A DNA stretch of 64,000 bases from an uncultured Verrucomicrobiae bacterium (lineage in GTDB: Bacteria; Verrucomicrobiota; Verrucomicrobiia; Chthoniobacterales; JAATET01), in assembly GCA_963719495.1 (NCBI GenBank), contig CAVRCI010000007.1:162987-226986 (forward strand), in the 5' to 3' direction. Below are positions 19,469 to 29,232 of the stretch, piece by piece; position 1 is the first letter of the stretch, and the number at the start of each line of letters is the position of its first letter. A model generated the notes under the pieces. It was given only the letters and a program-made list of their open reading frames with translations. It was not told the origin of the DNA and made no database searches. A program made the translations under genes and the position numbers.

Positions 19469-19984
19469 CTACTCCTTCCGCAGATACTCCTGCTTCGAAG
19501 CATTGTTATTCATCACGTCCAGCACCCGCTGAGCATCCACCACGTCGTCGGTCAGGTAATCCAGATTCCCATCCGGCCCGATGATCGCAATCGCGAACCC
19601 ACTCGGAATCTCATACAAAAACCCAACCCGAGGCCCATCGCCCACGACGACAAACGGAATGTTCGATCCCACCCGGCCACCCTCCTCGGTGAACGCCGCG
19701 AAGCAAACCAGCCCCTTGGAAGCCAGTCGCTGGTAGTCCGACTCCAGTTGCTTCACCTGCGAGCGAAACTTCCCGTTCTTCGGCGAAGGCGCGATCAGCA
19801 ACACCACCGGCTGCCCCTCGAGCGACCGCAAAGACTTCGCCACACCCGCCGACGTCGCCCACGAGAAATCCGGAGCCAACCGCACCACCCTCGCGTCAGC
19901 CGTGCCGATCAAAGCCGCCGCGCCAACCAAACCCAACGCGGCCCGCCGAATCCCAAATCGAAAATCGAAAATCGAAAATTGCAT
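19469..19984 (-). CDS. Exported thioredoxin-fold-like hypothetical protein (no CxxC)
   Basis: Signal peptide, APDFSW...LEGQPVVLL, AIIGPDGN; directly downstream of frr. Confidence 0.65.
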   Translation of the reverse strand: MQFSIFDFRFGIRRAALGLVGAAALIGTADARVVRLAPDFSWATSAGVAKSLRSLEGQPVVLLIAPSPKNGKFRSQVKQLESDYQRLASKGLVCFAAFTEEGGRVGSNIPFVVVGDGPRVGFLYEIPSGFAIAIIGPDGNLDYLTDDVVDAQRVLDVMNNNASKQEYLRKE

Positions 19985-19986
19985 AC

Positions 19987-20547
19987 CTAAACCTTCATGA
20001 TCTCGGCGTCCTTCGCCACGACCAGTTCATCGATTTTCTTGTTGAACCGATCCGTCAGTTTTTGGATGTCGTCCTCCGCCGTCAGCTTCTGATCCTCCGA
20101 GATCTCCGCCGCCTTCTGCCCCTTCTTCACCGTCTCCATCGAGTCCCGCCGACAACCGCGAATCCGCACCCGCGTCTCCTCGGCGATCCCCTTCACCATT
20201 TTCACGAGCTCCTTGCGACGCTCCTCGGTCAGCTCCGGAAACGGAATTCGAATGATCTTCCCGTCGACGACCGGATTGATCCCCAACCGCGACTCGTGAA
20301 TCGCCCGCGCAATGTCCTTGATCGTCGTCGCGTCGAAAGGCTGAACCACGAGCAGACGCGGTTCCGGTGAGGAAATGACCGCGACCTGCTTCATCTTCAT
20401 CGCCGTCCCGTAGGCTTCGACGTCCAGATTATCGATGAGCCCCGGCTGAGCCTTTCCCGTCCGGATCGCACCGAATTCGTGCGCCATGAACTCCAGCGAT
20501 TTCTCCATCGCCTCCTCGGTTTCCAATAAAACTTCGTCCGTGTCCAT
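19987..20547 (-). CDS. frr: Ribosome recycling factor
   Basis: IRTGKA, LVVQPFD, LGINP, PELTEERRKELVK. Confidence 0.97.
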   Translation of the reverse strand: MDTDEVLLETEEAMEKSLEFMAHEFGAIRTGKAQPGLIDNLDVEAYGTAMKMKQVAVISSPEPRLLVVQPFDATTIKDIARAIHESRLGINPVVDGKIIRIPFPELTEERRKELVKMVKGIAEETRVRIRGCRRDSMETVKKGQKAAEISEDQKLTAEDDIQKLTDRFNKKIDELVVAKDAEIMKV

Positions 20548-20548
20548 G

Positions 20549-21304
20549 TCAGTGCGTCTCCGGTGATTCCGAGACCAGCGTGCCCACCTTGGCGCCCATC
20601 ACGGCGCGGCGGATATTCCCGGTCTCAGCCATGTCGAAGACAATAATCGGCATCTTGTTGTCCATGCAAAGACTGAACGCCGTCGAATCCATCACCTGCA
20701 AGCGCCGACTCAGCGCGTCGGAATACGTGATGTGATCGAATTTCTTCGCGTCCGGATTCTTCATCGGGTCCGCGTCGTAGATCCCGTCGACCTTGGTCGC
20801 CTTGAGAATCACGCCCGCCCCGATCTCGTTCGCCCGCAGCGCCGCCGTGGTATCCGTCGAGAAAAACGGATTCCCCGTCCCGGCCACGAAGATCACCACG
20901 TGCCCGACCTCGAGGTGCCGCACCGCCCGCCGCAGAATGAACGGCTCCGCCACGTTGTTCATCTCGATCGCCGTCTGCACGCGCACCGACACACCGATCT
21001 CCTCCAGCCCACTCATCAAAGCCATCCCGTTGATCACGGTCGCCAGCATCCCCATGTAATCCGCCGTCGTCCGGTTCATGCCACGGTGACTCGCCGCCAG
21101 ACCGCGCCAGATATTTCCGCCGCCGACCACGACCGCGACCTCGACGCCCATCTGGCGGATCTCGGCGATCTGCTTCGCCATATTGTGCACGATCTGGGGG
21201 GAAATACTGTCCCCGCTCCCGATCTCCCGGAGAGCCTCGCCACTAATTTTGAGAACGATTCGCCGGTAGCGCGGCGACGCGGAAAGTGGGTCGGAATCAG
21301 CCAT
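20549..21304 (-). CDS. pyrH: UMP kinase
   Basis: [41 protein letters not shown]. Confidence 0.97.
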   Translation of the reverse strand: MADSDPLSASPRYRRIVLKISGEALREIGSGDSISPQIVHNMAKQIAEIRQMGVEVAVVVGGGNIWRGLAASHRGMNRTTADYMGMLATVINGMALMSGLEEIGVSVRVQTAIEMNNVAEPFILRRAVRHLEVGHVVIFVAGTGNPFFSTDTTAALRANEIGAGVILKATKVDGIYDADPMKNPDAKKFDHITYSDALSRRLQVMDSTAFSLCMDNKMPIIVFDMAETGNIRRAVMGAKVGTLVSESPETH

Positions 21305-21440
21305 TTGCAAGCGCCGCGAATCCAACCCGAATCCCCCCACCAATGCAAATCCCAAAACCAAACCAGCGCGAAGCGCGCCCATTCGAGGGTAGGGAAGCCG
21401 CGCCGCCGGGTTCCGTCGACTTCACGAGCGACCTCCGCTT

Positions 21441-22016
21441 TCAGTCGGACCCCAGATCACTCACCGAGTTCAGATTCCGAAAAAGCCCCTCGTCATCCGC
21501 TGTCGTCACCCGAATCCGCCCCAAACCGATCCCCCTCCGCACAAAACGCTGCACCGACGGATCCTTCCCCGCCGCCACCTCCACCGCCAAAGCCGCCAAA
21601 GCCATCGGGTAAATCGCCGCCAAGCCCTCGAAATACCCACCCCGCTCCACGACCCTTCCCACTCCGGCCTCACTCTCCCGCACCAACCCTCCGAGAAATT
21701 CCGCGGTCATCCCGGGCAAATCCACCGCCAACACCACGACCCGTTCACACTTCGTGGCGGCCAAAGCCGCCGCGATCCCAGCCATCGGACCCACCGCTGC
21801 GGGATCGTCGCTCACCAGCCGGACGTCCTCACCCCCGACGTCGAACTTCTCCCGCCGCCCGAAGCAGACCAATAATTCAGCGGGTTCCAACTCCTTGAGA
21901 ATCCCCAACTGTCGCTTCCACAAAATTTGTCCCCGCCATTGCAGGAAAGCCTTATCGACCCCCATCCGCACCGACCGACCACCGACCAGCAGCGCCGCCG
22001 CCACGCTCCCGCTCAT
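21441..22016 (-). CDS. mobA: Molybdenum cofactor guanylyltransferase
   Basis: LLVGGRSVRMGVDKA, GPMAGI, LAVDLP, FRNLN. Confidence 0.88.
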   Translation of the reverse strand: MSGSVAAALLVGGRSVRMGVDKAFLQWRGQILWKRQLGILKELEPAELLVCFGRREKFDVGGEDVRLVSDDPAAVGPMAGIAAALAATKCERVVVLAVDLPGMTAEFLGGLVRESEAGVGRVVERGGYFEGLAAIYPMALAALAVEVAAGKDPSVQRFVRRGIGLGRIRVTTADDEGLFRNLNSVSDLGSD

Positions 22017-22501
22017 CCCTCGCCGACCCGAATCACCCCGTCGTTCAAAATCCGCGCGCGCAAACCCCCGCGCCCCTTCAACGCCTTGAGCGCTCCCGGC
22101 CCGAATGCCGTGTCCATCCACTGACACGGAGCCGCCTCCTTCACCCCGAAAAACCGCACCCCGCCGACCTCGAATTCCTCGCCGGTCAGCTCACGCAAAT
22201 CCCGGCCCCGCGTCAGCACGTTTCTGCGAAATACCTCCGGCCCCCGATCCCCCACCCCCAGCCGCTCGCACAGATCAGTCCACGTTTCGACCGCGAAGAA
22301 GGTCACCTGCCCGTCGTAACCATTCGGAAATTTCCGCGGTTTGAAGTCGAAAAACCGATCTCCGACCAGCCCCTTACCCTTCACGCAAGTCGCCGCGTCG
22401 ACCGCGACCGACTCGTTCTCGCCCGGAGGTTTTCCGAAATGCCCGAAATAATTATGCGCGGGCGAAATCCAAATTTGTTCGATCACGAATCCAGCACTCA
22501 T
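22013..22501 (-). CDS. MOSC-domain protein
   Basis: GLVGDRF, QVTFF, FRRNV, PCQWMD, GRGGLRARILNDGVIRVG; real start at ATG 22501. Confidence 0.88.
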   Translation of the reverse strand: MSAGFVIEQIWISPAHNYFGHFGKPPGENESVAVDAATCVKGKGLVGDRFFDFKPRKFPNGYDGQVTFFAVETWTDLCERLGVGDRGPEVFRRNVLTRGRDLRELTGEEFEVGGVRFFGVKEAAPCQWMDTAFGPGALKALKGRGGLRARILNDGVIRVGEG

Positions 22502-22642
22502 CCCCTCGATCCTAGCGTCCGCGCGGGACGAGTCCAACCTTCCGACCGCAGCATCGCGGAGTCCGGCGCCGGCTCCCCCACGAATTCCCGCACACTCCAA
22601 GGCAAAAAATTTGATCCGCATCCCGCAACTCCCCGTATCCCG

Positions 22643-24046
22643 TTGATCTTGACCATCCTCCGCCCAGTAACCCAATCCCGGATCGCAGCCGCGACGCTGG
22701 GCGGGCTCATCGCTCTCTGGACGCTCGCCGGATGCGACCCCGGCACCCCTCCCGCCGACACCGCCGACGTTTCCGCGGCACCACGGATCGACCCACTCGC
22801 ACTCGTCCTCTCCGAGCACACCGGCGACTCGATCGCCGACGAGGCGATCCGCCATCACCAAGACGAAATCCGCGCCAACACGCTCGTCGAAGCCAACCTC
22901 GAACGCCTCGGTTGGGCCTACGTCGCCAAGGAGCGCGAGACCTTCGACCCCGGTTACCACAAGCTCGCCGAAGCCTGCGCCCGCATTCTCGCCGACCGCG
23001 ATCCGAACTCCGCCGAGGCCCTCCTCCTCCAAGGACACGTCGACCAGTGCCTCCACCGCTTCCACCAAGCCGAGATCCGCGCCCGTCGCCTCGTCGACCT
23101 CCGCGGCAACCCCTACGACCACAGCCTCCTCGGCGACACGCTCATGGAGCAGGGCAAGATCGACGAGGCCATCCCGGTCTATCAGGAAGCGATCAACCTC
23201 CGACCCGATCTCCAGACCTACTCCCGCGCCGCGTACCTCCGCTGGATCCTCGGCAGCCCGGGGGGAGCCATCGAATTGATGCGCCTCGCCGTCGGAGCCA
23301 GCACCCCGTCGGACCCGACCTCCCTCGCGTGGGCCACGACCCGCCTCGCAACCTTCCAATTCCAAACCAATCGCCTCGAACTGGCGGAACAGTCCAACGC
23401 CCAGGGCCTCGCCGTCCTTCCCGACTACGCACCCGCCCTCCTCCTCGAAGGCCGCATGCGCCTCGCCGCGGGCGACGCCACCGCGGCCCTCGAAAGCCTC
23501 TGCCCAGCCGCCACCATCAACCCGCTGCCCGATGCCCAATGGACCCTCGCCGACGCCCTGCGCGAAACGGGCGCCACCGCCGAAGCCAAGCGGGTCGAAG
23601 CCGAAATCCTCGCGAACGGCGAACAAACCGATCCCCGCACCTTCGCCCTCTTCCTCGCCACCCGCGGTCTCCAACCCGCCACCGCCGTCCGCCTCGCCGG
23701 TGAGGAACTGAAGAATCGGCAGGATATTTTCACCCACGACGCCTACGCCTGGGCCCTCGACGCCGCCGGTCGCACCAACGAAGCGCTCCCCCACCTCGAC
23801 CGCGCCCTCGCGGAAGGCACCGAAGACGGCCGCCTCTACCTCCACGCTTCGGTCATCTTTTTCCACGCCGGCCGGCTCGCCGACGCGCAACGCTGGCACG
23901 ACGCCACCTCCGAAATCGCCCACACCCTCCTCCCTTCCGAACGTTCCCGCCTCTCCGAATTGGAGCGGGAACTCACCGCCACTCTCCCGCCTCCGGATTC
24001 ACCCGAATACGGATCACCGAAACCAAGCCACCAAACAAACTCATGA
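22643..24046 (+). CDS. TPR-repeat protein, probable lipoprotein
   Basis: LAGC lipobox; TPR-like helices (LGDTLMEQGKIDEAIPVYQEAINLRP); ATGA overlap with next gene. Start uncertain. Confidence 0.8.
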   Translation: MILTILRPVTQSRIAAATLGGLIALWTLAGCDPGTPPADTADVSAAPRIDPLALVLSEHTGDSIADEAIRHHQDEIRANTLVEANLERLGWAYVAKERETFDPGYHKLAEACARILADRDPNSAEALLLQGHVDQCLHRFHQAEIRARRLVDLRGNPYDHSLLGDTLMEQGKIDEAIPVYQEAINLRPDLQTYSRAAYLRWILGSPGGAIELMRLAVGASTPSDPTSLAWATTRLATFQFQTNRLELAEQSNAQGLAVLPDYAPALLLEGRMRLAAGDATAALESLCPAATINPLPDAQWTLADALRETGATAEAKRVEAEILANGEQTDPRTFALFLATRGLQPATAVRLAGEELKNRQDIFTHDAYAWALDAAGRTNEALPHLDRALAEGTEDGRLYLHASVIFFHAGRLADAQRWHDATSEIAHTLLPSERSRLSELERELTATLPPPDSPEYGSPKPSHQTNS

Positions 24047-25605
24047 AAAAATCACTCATCCGCAACCTGGCCATCGCCAGTGCTGCCCTACTCGCCGAGG
24101 GAGCCCTCGCCTCCAGTCACATGGACGCGCCGCTCATCACGCTCGATCCCGCCGCCAACACCACCGACGTCTACGCGTTCGTCGCCAACCCCGGCGGGGA
24201 AAAAAATCTCGTCCTCGCCCTCGGCGTCTACCCGCACCAGGAGCCCGGCGTCGGACCAAACAAATACAACTTCGACGACAACGTCCTGTATTCCATCAAC
24301 GTCTCCCTAGGAGCCGATGTCGCCGCAGGACGCGCGACGCTTGCCTATCAATTCCGCTTCAACACGACGTTCCAGAATTCCAATACCATCCTCCAGTCCT
24401 ACCTTGGAGTGATCAATACGGTCGGCGATGCGAGTCAGAATTTGATTCAGACCTACACCGTCACCCGTCGGGACTTCCGCACCGGTGCCAGCACTCTCCT
24501 TGGCTCGGGCACCGTCCCGCCGAATAACCAGGGCAACGCCACCCCGCTCTACAACGTCGGCGACGACGGCAACAACCCCGCCAAACCCGGCGTGGCGACC
24601 GTCGCCGAACTCGACCAGTACACCACTCAATCGATTGCCACGCTCAGCGGTGGCATCTCCGCCTTCGCCGGTCAGCGCGACGACGGATTCTACGGCGACA
24701 TCAACTCGATCTTCGATCTCCTCTCCCTCCGTTCCGACGGCGACACGACGGACGGGGTCGACACCGGCGTTGATTCCCAGGGTGGATTCAACATCAATCT
24801 GATGGCCCTCTCGATTCCGGTCACGGAATTTGGCGGCGACCAACAGATCGTCAGCGTCTACGCCAACGTCTTCCGTCCCTCCGTCCGCATCGTGACCAAC
24901 ACCACGTTCGACCGCGATCGTGACGTCCGCGTTCGGGATCCCCGCAACAGCAATCGCCCCACGGTGCGCCGCATCAAGGTCGTGAACACCATCACCACGA
25001 CGCAGACGCAGGTCCCCGTCTTGGTTCCAGTCGCCCGGCAGGGTAACCCGCTGTTCAACGAAGCCCTCGTCGCCATTGCCGACAAGGATCTCTACAGCCG
25101 CACCGACCCATCGCGCGACAACGAGCTGTTCCGCAAATACGCGATCACGCCCGAACTCGCCGCGCTCGCCAACGCGATCCTTGGCACCAACGCCGAGACC
25201 GACAACCGCACCGACATCGCCGGAATCTTCATCCCGGACGTCATCAAGGTCGACCTCTCGACACCACCGGCCCGGCTCGCCGGAAACGGCTCCACCACCG
25301 GAGTCAATCCGGACGACGCCGGATTCTCCCGGCTCGGAATCTTCGGCGGCGACGTGCTCACCAGCACCCAGCAATCGTTCCTTGGACCCAACCAGGCCCC
25401 CGGCGGTTGGCCGAATGGACGCCGCTTCGGCGACGACGTCGTCGACATCGCCATCTCGGCGCTCCTCAGCGACCTGCGCTCCGATCCACCCTCGATCGCA
25501 GTCGCCGACGGCATCGACGGCGTGAGCATGAACGACGCCACCTACAGCAAGGTCTTCCCCTACGAGTCGACCCCGTTGAACGGTCGCAATCACACGCACC
25601 CGTAG
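24043..25605 (+). CDS. DUF4331-like exported protein
   Basis: ASSHMDAPLI..DPAANTTDVYAF, FAGQRDDGF, RQGNPLFNE, GWPNGRRFGDDVVDI, FPY. Confidence 0.85.
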   Translation: MKKSLIRNLAIASAALLAEGALASSHMDAPLITLDPAANTTDVYAFVANPGGEKNLVLALGVYPHQEPGVGPNKYNFDDNVLYSINVSLGADVAAGRATLAYQFRFNTTFQNSNTILQSYLGVINTVGDASQNLIQTYTVTRRDFRTGASTLLGSGTVPPNNQGNATPLYNVGDDGNNPAKPGVATVAELDQYTTQSIATLSGGISAFAGQRDDGFYGDINSIFDLLSLRSDGDTTDGVDTGVDSQGGFNINLMALSIPVTEFGGDQQIVSVYANVFRPSVRIVTNTTFDRDRDVRVRDPRNSNRPTVRRIKVVNTITTTQTQVPVLVPVARQGNPLFNEALVAIADKDLYSRTDPSRDNELFRKYAITPELAALANAILGTNAETDNRTDIAGIFIPDVIKVDLSTPPARLAGNGSTTGVNPDDAGFSRLGIFGGDVLTSTQQSFLGPNQAPGGWPNGRRFGDDVVDIAISALLSDLRSDPPSIAVADGIDGVSMNDATYSKVFPYESTPLNGRNHTHP

Positions 25606-25623
25606 GACACTTCCCTCGCGACT

Positions 25624-25657
25624 CTGCGGCGGTCGGACCAGTCTCCGACCGCCGCAG
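25624..25657 (+). terminator. GC-rich hairpin after DUF4331 gene (no U tract)
   Basis: CTGCGGCGGTCGGA-CCAGTC-TCCGACCGCCGCAG. Confidence 0.5.
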
Positions 25658-26016
25658 CCCGCGGTGGACATGTTCCCAAAGCCAGCGCCACGCTGCCCCC
25701 CCAAAACCCGTCATGTTGGGGACAACGACCGAGCAAGCGAGTCAAGAAGCCAGGGATGACAGCGCGGCGCCAGCCGACCCCATCTGGCATTCGGAGGGCA
25801 GCCGGAGCGAAGCGGAGACAGTCGGGATACTTCCGACAACGCTCCTGCCGAGCCGTGGCTTTCTCATTAAATTCCGAGCCACGGACGATAATGTCATGTT
25901 GATCGAAGCGAAATATCTCTGAAGTCTCTTCCAACCTGCGTCCAAGCAGGCCCGTCCAAAAAACTCTGGCACCGCCCACACTTGGAACCGAGCGCTCGAG
26001 AATCATCCGCCAAGCC

Positions 26017-27057
26017 GTGCCAGCCCGCAGCCTCCATCAAACCGTTCTCGCCAGCCTTCTCCTCATCGCCGTCCACGGGGGTGCCCAAGCCCACGACCCC
26101 GGCCTCAGCAGCGCCACCGTCACCATCGCGTCCGACCGCGTCACCGTCGACGCGGCCTACTCCCAGGTCGAAATCGCCGCCCTCGGCCAGCGACTCGGCC
26201 AATCCCCCGCCGACTTCGCACCCACCGCCGTTCGCCTTCGGGTCGGGGATCGGGAGATCGATCCCACCAAAGCCATCGCGCAGTCGGACGACCAAAACAA
26301 CCTCACCTTTCTGCTCACCTTCCCGGTCACGCCCACGCAGGAGTTCACCGTCGAAGCGCCGCTCATCGCCTCCCTCTCCTTCGGCCACCGCCAATTCATC
26401 ACGGTTCGCGCAGCCGACGGCACCATCCTCCAGGAAAAGCTCCTCGGCGCCGACGATCCCACCATCACCATCGCGGCCTCCACCTCCGCCCCGACCCCGG
26501 CCGCCGTCGCCACCCCCGGCTTCGTTCTTCTCGGCATCGAGCACATCCTCACGGGCTTCGATCACATCCTCTTCCTCGCGGCGCTGCTCATCGTGGTCCG
26601 CACCTACGGCGACGCCCTCCGCATCATCACCTGCTTCACGATCGCCCACTCCGTCACCCTCGCCCTCGCGACCTTCAACGTCGTCGAGATCCCGAGCCAC
26701 GTCGTCGAAGCCATCATCGCGGCGTCCATCGTCTACGTTGCCATCGAAAATCTCGTCCGCCGCGGCGAGCCCCGCGGCCGCTACCTTCTCACCCTCGCCT
26801 TCGGACTCGTCCACGGCCTGGGTTTCGCCTCCGTGCTCCGATCCCTCGGCATCGGCGAAAGCACCACCGGCGCGATCATCCCCCTAATCTCGTTCAACGT
26901 CGGCGTCGAGATCGGCCAGATCGCCATCGCCGCCGTGACGCTGCCGCTCCTCCTCCGACTCCGCCCCACGCCCCTTTGGACCCGCTGGGGCGTTCCGGCC
27001 ACGTCCGTTTTTATCGCCGCCGCCGGAGCCATCTGGCTGATCGACCGCGTGACTTGA
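26017..27057 (+). CDS. HupE/UreJ-family membrane protein
   Basis: AQAH signal end; GIEHILTGFDHILF, FTIAHSVTL, FGLVHGLGF, FNVGVEIGQ. Confidence 0.9.
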   Translation: MPARSLHQTVLASLLLIAVHGGAQAHDPGLSSATVTIASDRVTVDAAYSQVEIAALGQRLGQSPADFAPTAVRLRVGDREIDPTKAIAQSDDQNNLTFLLTFPVTPTQEFTVEAPLIASLSFGHRQFITVRAADGTILQEKLLGADDPTITIAASTSAPTPAAVATPGFVLLGIEHILTGFDHILFLAALLIVVRTYGDALRIITCFTIAHSVTLALATFNVVEIPSHVVEAIIAASIVYVAIENLVRRGEPRGRYLLTLAFGLVHGLGFASVLRSLGIGESTTGAIIPLISFNVGVEIGQIAIAAVTLPLLLRLRPTPLWTRWGVPATSVFIAAAGAIWLIDRVT

Positions 27058-27124
27058 TCGCTGCAACCGGGTCATCGGCTGCCAGCCGATGCACCCTTGA
27101 CGCACTCCGTCGGCACCTCGCGCC

Positions 27125-28006
27125 CTACTTCAAAATCTCGGTCCCGACCCCGGCGTTCGTAAAAATTTCCAACAGCAAACAATGCGGCACCGCCCCACCG
27201 ATGAGATGCACCTTGCCGACGCCCGACCGCAAGGCACGCACCGCCGACTCGACCTTCGGAATCATCCCGCCCGCGATGATTTTTTCTCTCATCAGCAACC
27301 CCGTCTGCTCGACCGTCACGCTCGGGATCAGCGAATCCTTCCGCTCCGGATCGCGCATGATCCCGGGAACGTCGCTCACGAAAATCAGCTTCTCCGCCCG
27401 CAACTCCGTGGCCAGCGCCGCCGCCGCCACGTCGGCGTTGATGTTGAGAACCTGCCCCGAGGCATCGGCACCGATCGGCGAGATCACCGGCACCCGCTCC
27501 GCCGCGATGGCGGCCCGCACATCGTCGGCCCAAACTTTTGTCGCGGCACCCACGAACCCGATGTCGACCAGCTTACCGCGCTCCGCTTCGATCGGCTCGA
27601 GGCGCTCGGCCACGAACGTATTCTTTCCCGACAATCCCGAAGCGCTTCCGCCGTGCCGAGCGATCGTCGCAACGATTCCAGGATTGATCACCCCATCCAA
27701 AATGTCCTCGACGATCCGCACCGAGACTTCGTCCGTCACCCTCAGGCCGTTGACGAATTCCGGCGCGACGCCCGCGTCCCGCATCTTCGCCGAGATCGCC
27801 TTGCCGCCACCGTGCACGACGACCGGATTGATCCCGACCGCCTCGAGGAAAACGACGTCCCGCAGCAATCGATCGACCTGCTGATCGTCCTCCATCGCGC
27901 TCCCACCGTATTTGATAACGAACGTCTGACCGCGAAATCGCTGAATGTATGGCAGCGCCTCGATCAAGCTCTCCGTCCGAGCCAAAGGTGAAAGTCCATT
28001 TCTCAT
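27125..28006 (-). CDS. argB: Acetylglutamate kinase
   Basis: EALPYI, IKYGG, VHGGG, GLRVTD, NINAD, GGMIPK. Confidence 0.96.
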   Translation of the reverse strand: MRNGLSPLARTESLIEALPYIQRFRGQTFVIKYGGSAMEDDQQVDRLLRDVVFLEAVGINPVVVHGGGKAISAKMRDAGVAPEFVNGLRVTDEVSVRIVEDILDGVINPGIVATIARHGGSASGLSGKNTFVAERLEPIEAERGKLVDIGFVGAATKVWADDVRAAIAAERVPVISPIGADASGQVLNINADVAAAALATELRAEKLIFVSDVPGIMRDPERKDSLIPSVTVEQTGLLMREKIIAGGMIPKVESAVRALRSGVGKVHLIGGAVPHCLLLEIFTNAGVGTEILK

Positions 28007-28009
28007 CGC

Positions 28010-29203
28010 TTATTCGCCGAGGTTGAATCGGACGTATTCTTCGGTGAGATCGGTCGTGAGCACCGAATAGGTCCCCTTACCCGCGTGCAAATTCACCGTT
28101 ACCACGAACGACTTCTTCGCCGCGACCTTCGTCAACCTGGCCGCGGCCGTCTTCGCGGGCATCCCGCCCCGCACCGCCGCCACCTTGTCGTAATCGATGT
28201 CCGCCAAATCCGGATCGAACTTCGCGCCGGAATAACCCACCGCGTCCAGAATCCGGCCCCAATTCGGATCCCCGCCAGCCCACGCACACTTGACCAGCTG
28301 CGAGTTGGCCACCGCTTCGGCCGCCCGCCGCGCGTCCGCCGTCGATTTCGCGCCCGCGACGACCACCTCGACGAAACGGCTCACGCCCTCGCCATCCAGG
28401 ACGATCTTCGTCGCCAGATCCAGCGCCACCGCGTCCAACGCCGCCCGCACCGCCCCGCCCTCGACCCGTCCCGCGACCCCGCTAGCCAGCAGGACCACCG
28501 TGTCGTTTGTGCTCATGTCGCCGTCGATCGTGATCCGATTGAAGGACCGCTCCACGGCGCCCTTGAGCATCCGCTTCGCCTCCGCCTTCGTCAGTTTCGC
28601 GTCCGTCGTGATCACACTCAGCATCGTCGCCATGTTCGGGTCGATCATCCCGGCACCCTTCGCCATTCCCCCAACGCGGAATCTCCCACCGCCCCCGTCC
28701 GTCACCTCGAGCGCAAACTCCTTCGGCACGCTGTCGCTCGTCATGATGGCGACCGCCGCATCTCCGCCGGACCGGTCGTCCATCGCCTCGACCAACCCCG
28801 GGATCGCCGCCCGGATTTTCTTGATCGGCAACGGCACCCCGATCCGCCCCGTCGAACAAACGAGCACGTCCTCCGGCCGGATCCCCATCGCCACAGCCGC
28901 CTCCGTCGCCATCGCCCGGGCGTCCGCCACTCCGTCCGTTCCCGTGCAGGCGTTCGCGTTTCCGCTGTTGAGAATCACCGCCCGCCCCCTGCCCGAGGCC
29001 ACGTGCTCCTTCGAAATGAGCACCGGAGCGGCCTGCACGACGTTCGTCGTGAACGTCGCCGCCACCACGCAGGGTTCGACCGCCGCCACCATCGCCAGAT
29101 CGACCCGGTCCTCGTTCGCCGCCTTGATCCCAACGTGGACCGCCCCCGCCAAAAATCCCCGCGCCGCGCAAACGCCCCCCCTCACACTCTTTCTCTTAAT
29201 CAT
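28010..29203 (-). CDS. argJ: Ornithine acetyltransferase
   Basis: NSGNANACTG, STGRIG, KGAGMIDPNMATML, DGDMSTNDT, DPNWGR. Confidence 0.96.
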   Translation of the reverse strand: MIKRKSVRGGVCAARGFLAGAVHVGIKAANEDRVDLAMVAAVEPCVVAATFTTNVVQAAPVLISKEHVASGRGRAVILNSGNANACTGTDGVADARAMATEAAVAMGIRPEDVLVCSTGRIGVPLPIKKIRAAIPGLVEAMDDRSGGDAAVAIMTSDSVPKEFALEVTDGGGGRFRVGGMAKGAGMIDPNMATMLSVITTDAKLTKAEAKRMLKGAVERSFNRITIDGDMSTNDTVVLLASGVAGRVEGGAVRAALDAVALDLATKIVLDGEGVSRFVEVVVAGAKSTADARRAAEAVANSQLVKCAWAGGDPNWGRILDAVGYSGAKFDPDLADIDYDKVAAVRGGMPAKTAAARLTKVAAKKSFVVTVNLHAGKGTYSVLTTDLTEEYVRFNLGE

Positions 29204-29232
29204 AATCCTCGTCCTACTCGCTTCACCTCACC

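Noticed and set aside
22502..23923. Apparent 636-aa MOSC fusion
   Set aside because: The upstream part is antisense to the TPR gene; MOSC starts at 22501.
25967..25985. TGGCAC upstream of hupE (and another near 39343) as sigma-54 promoters
   Set aside because: No TTGC-like -12 element at the correct spacing.
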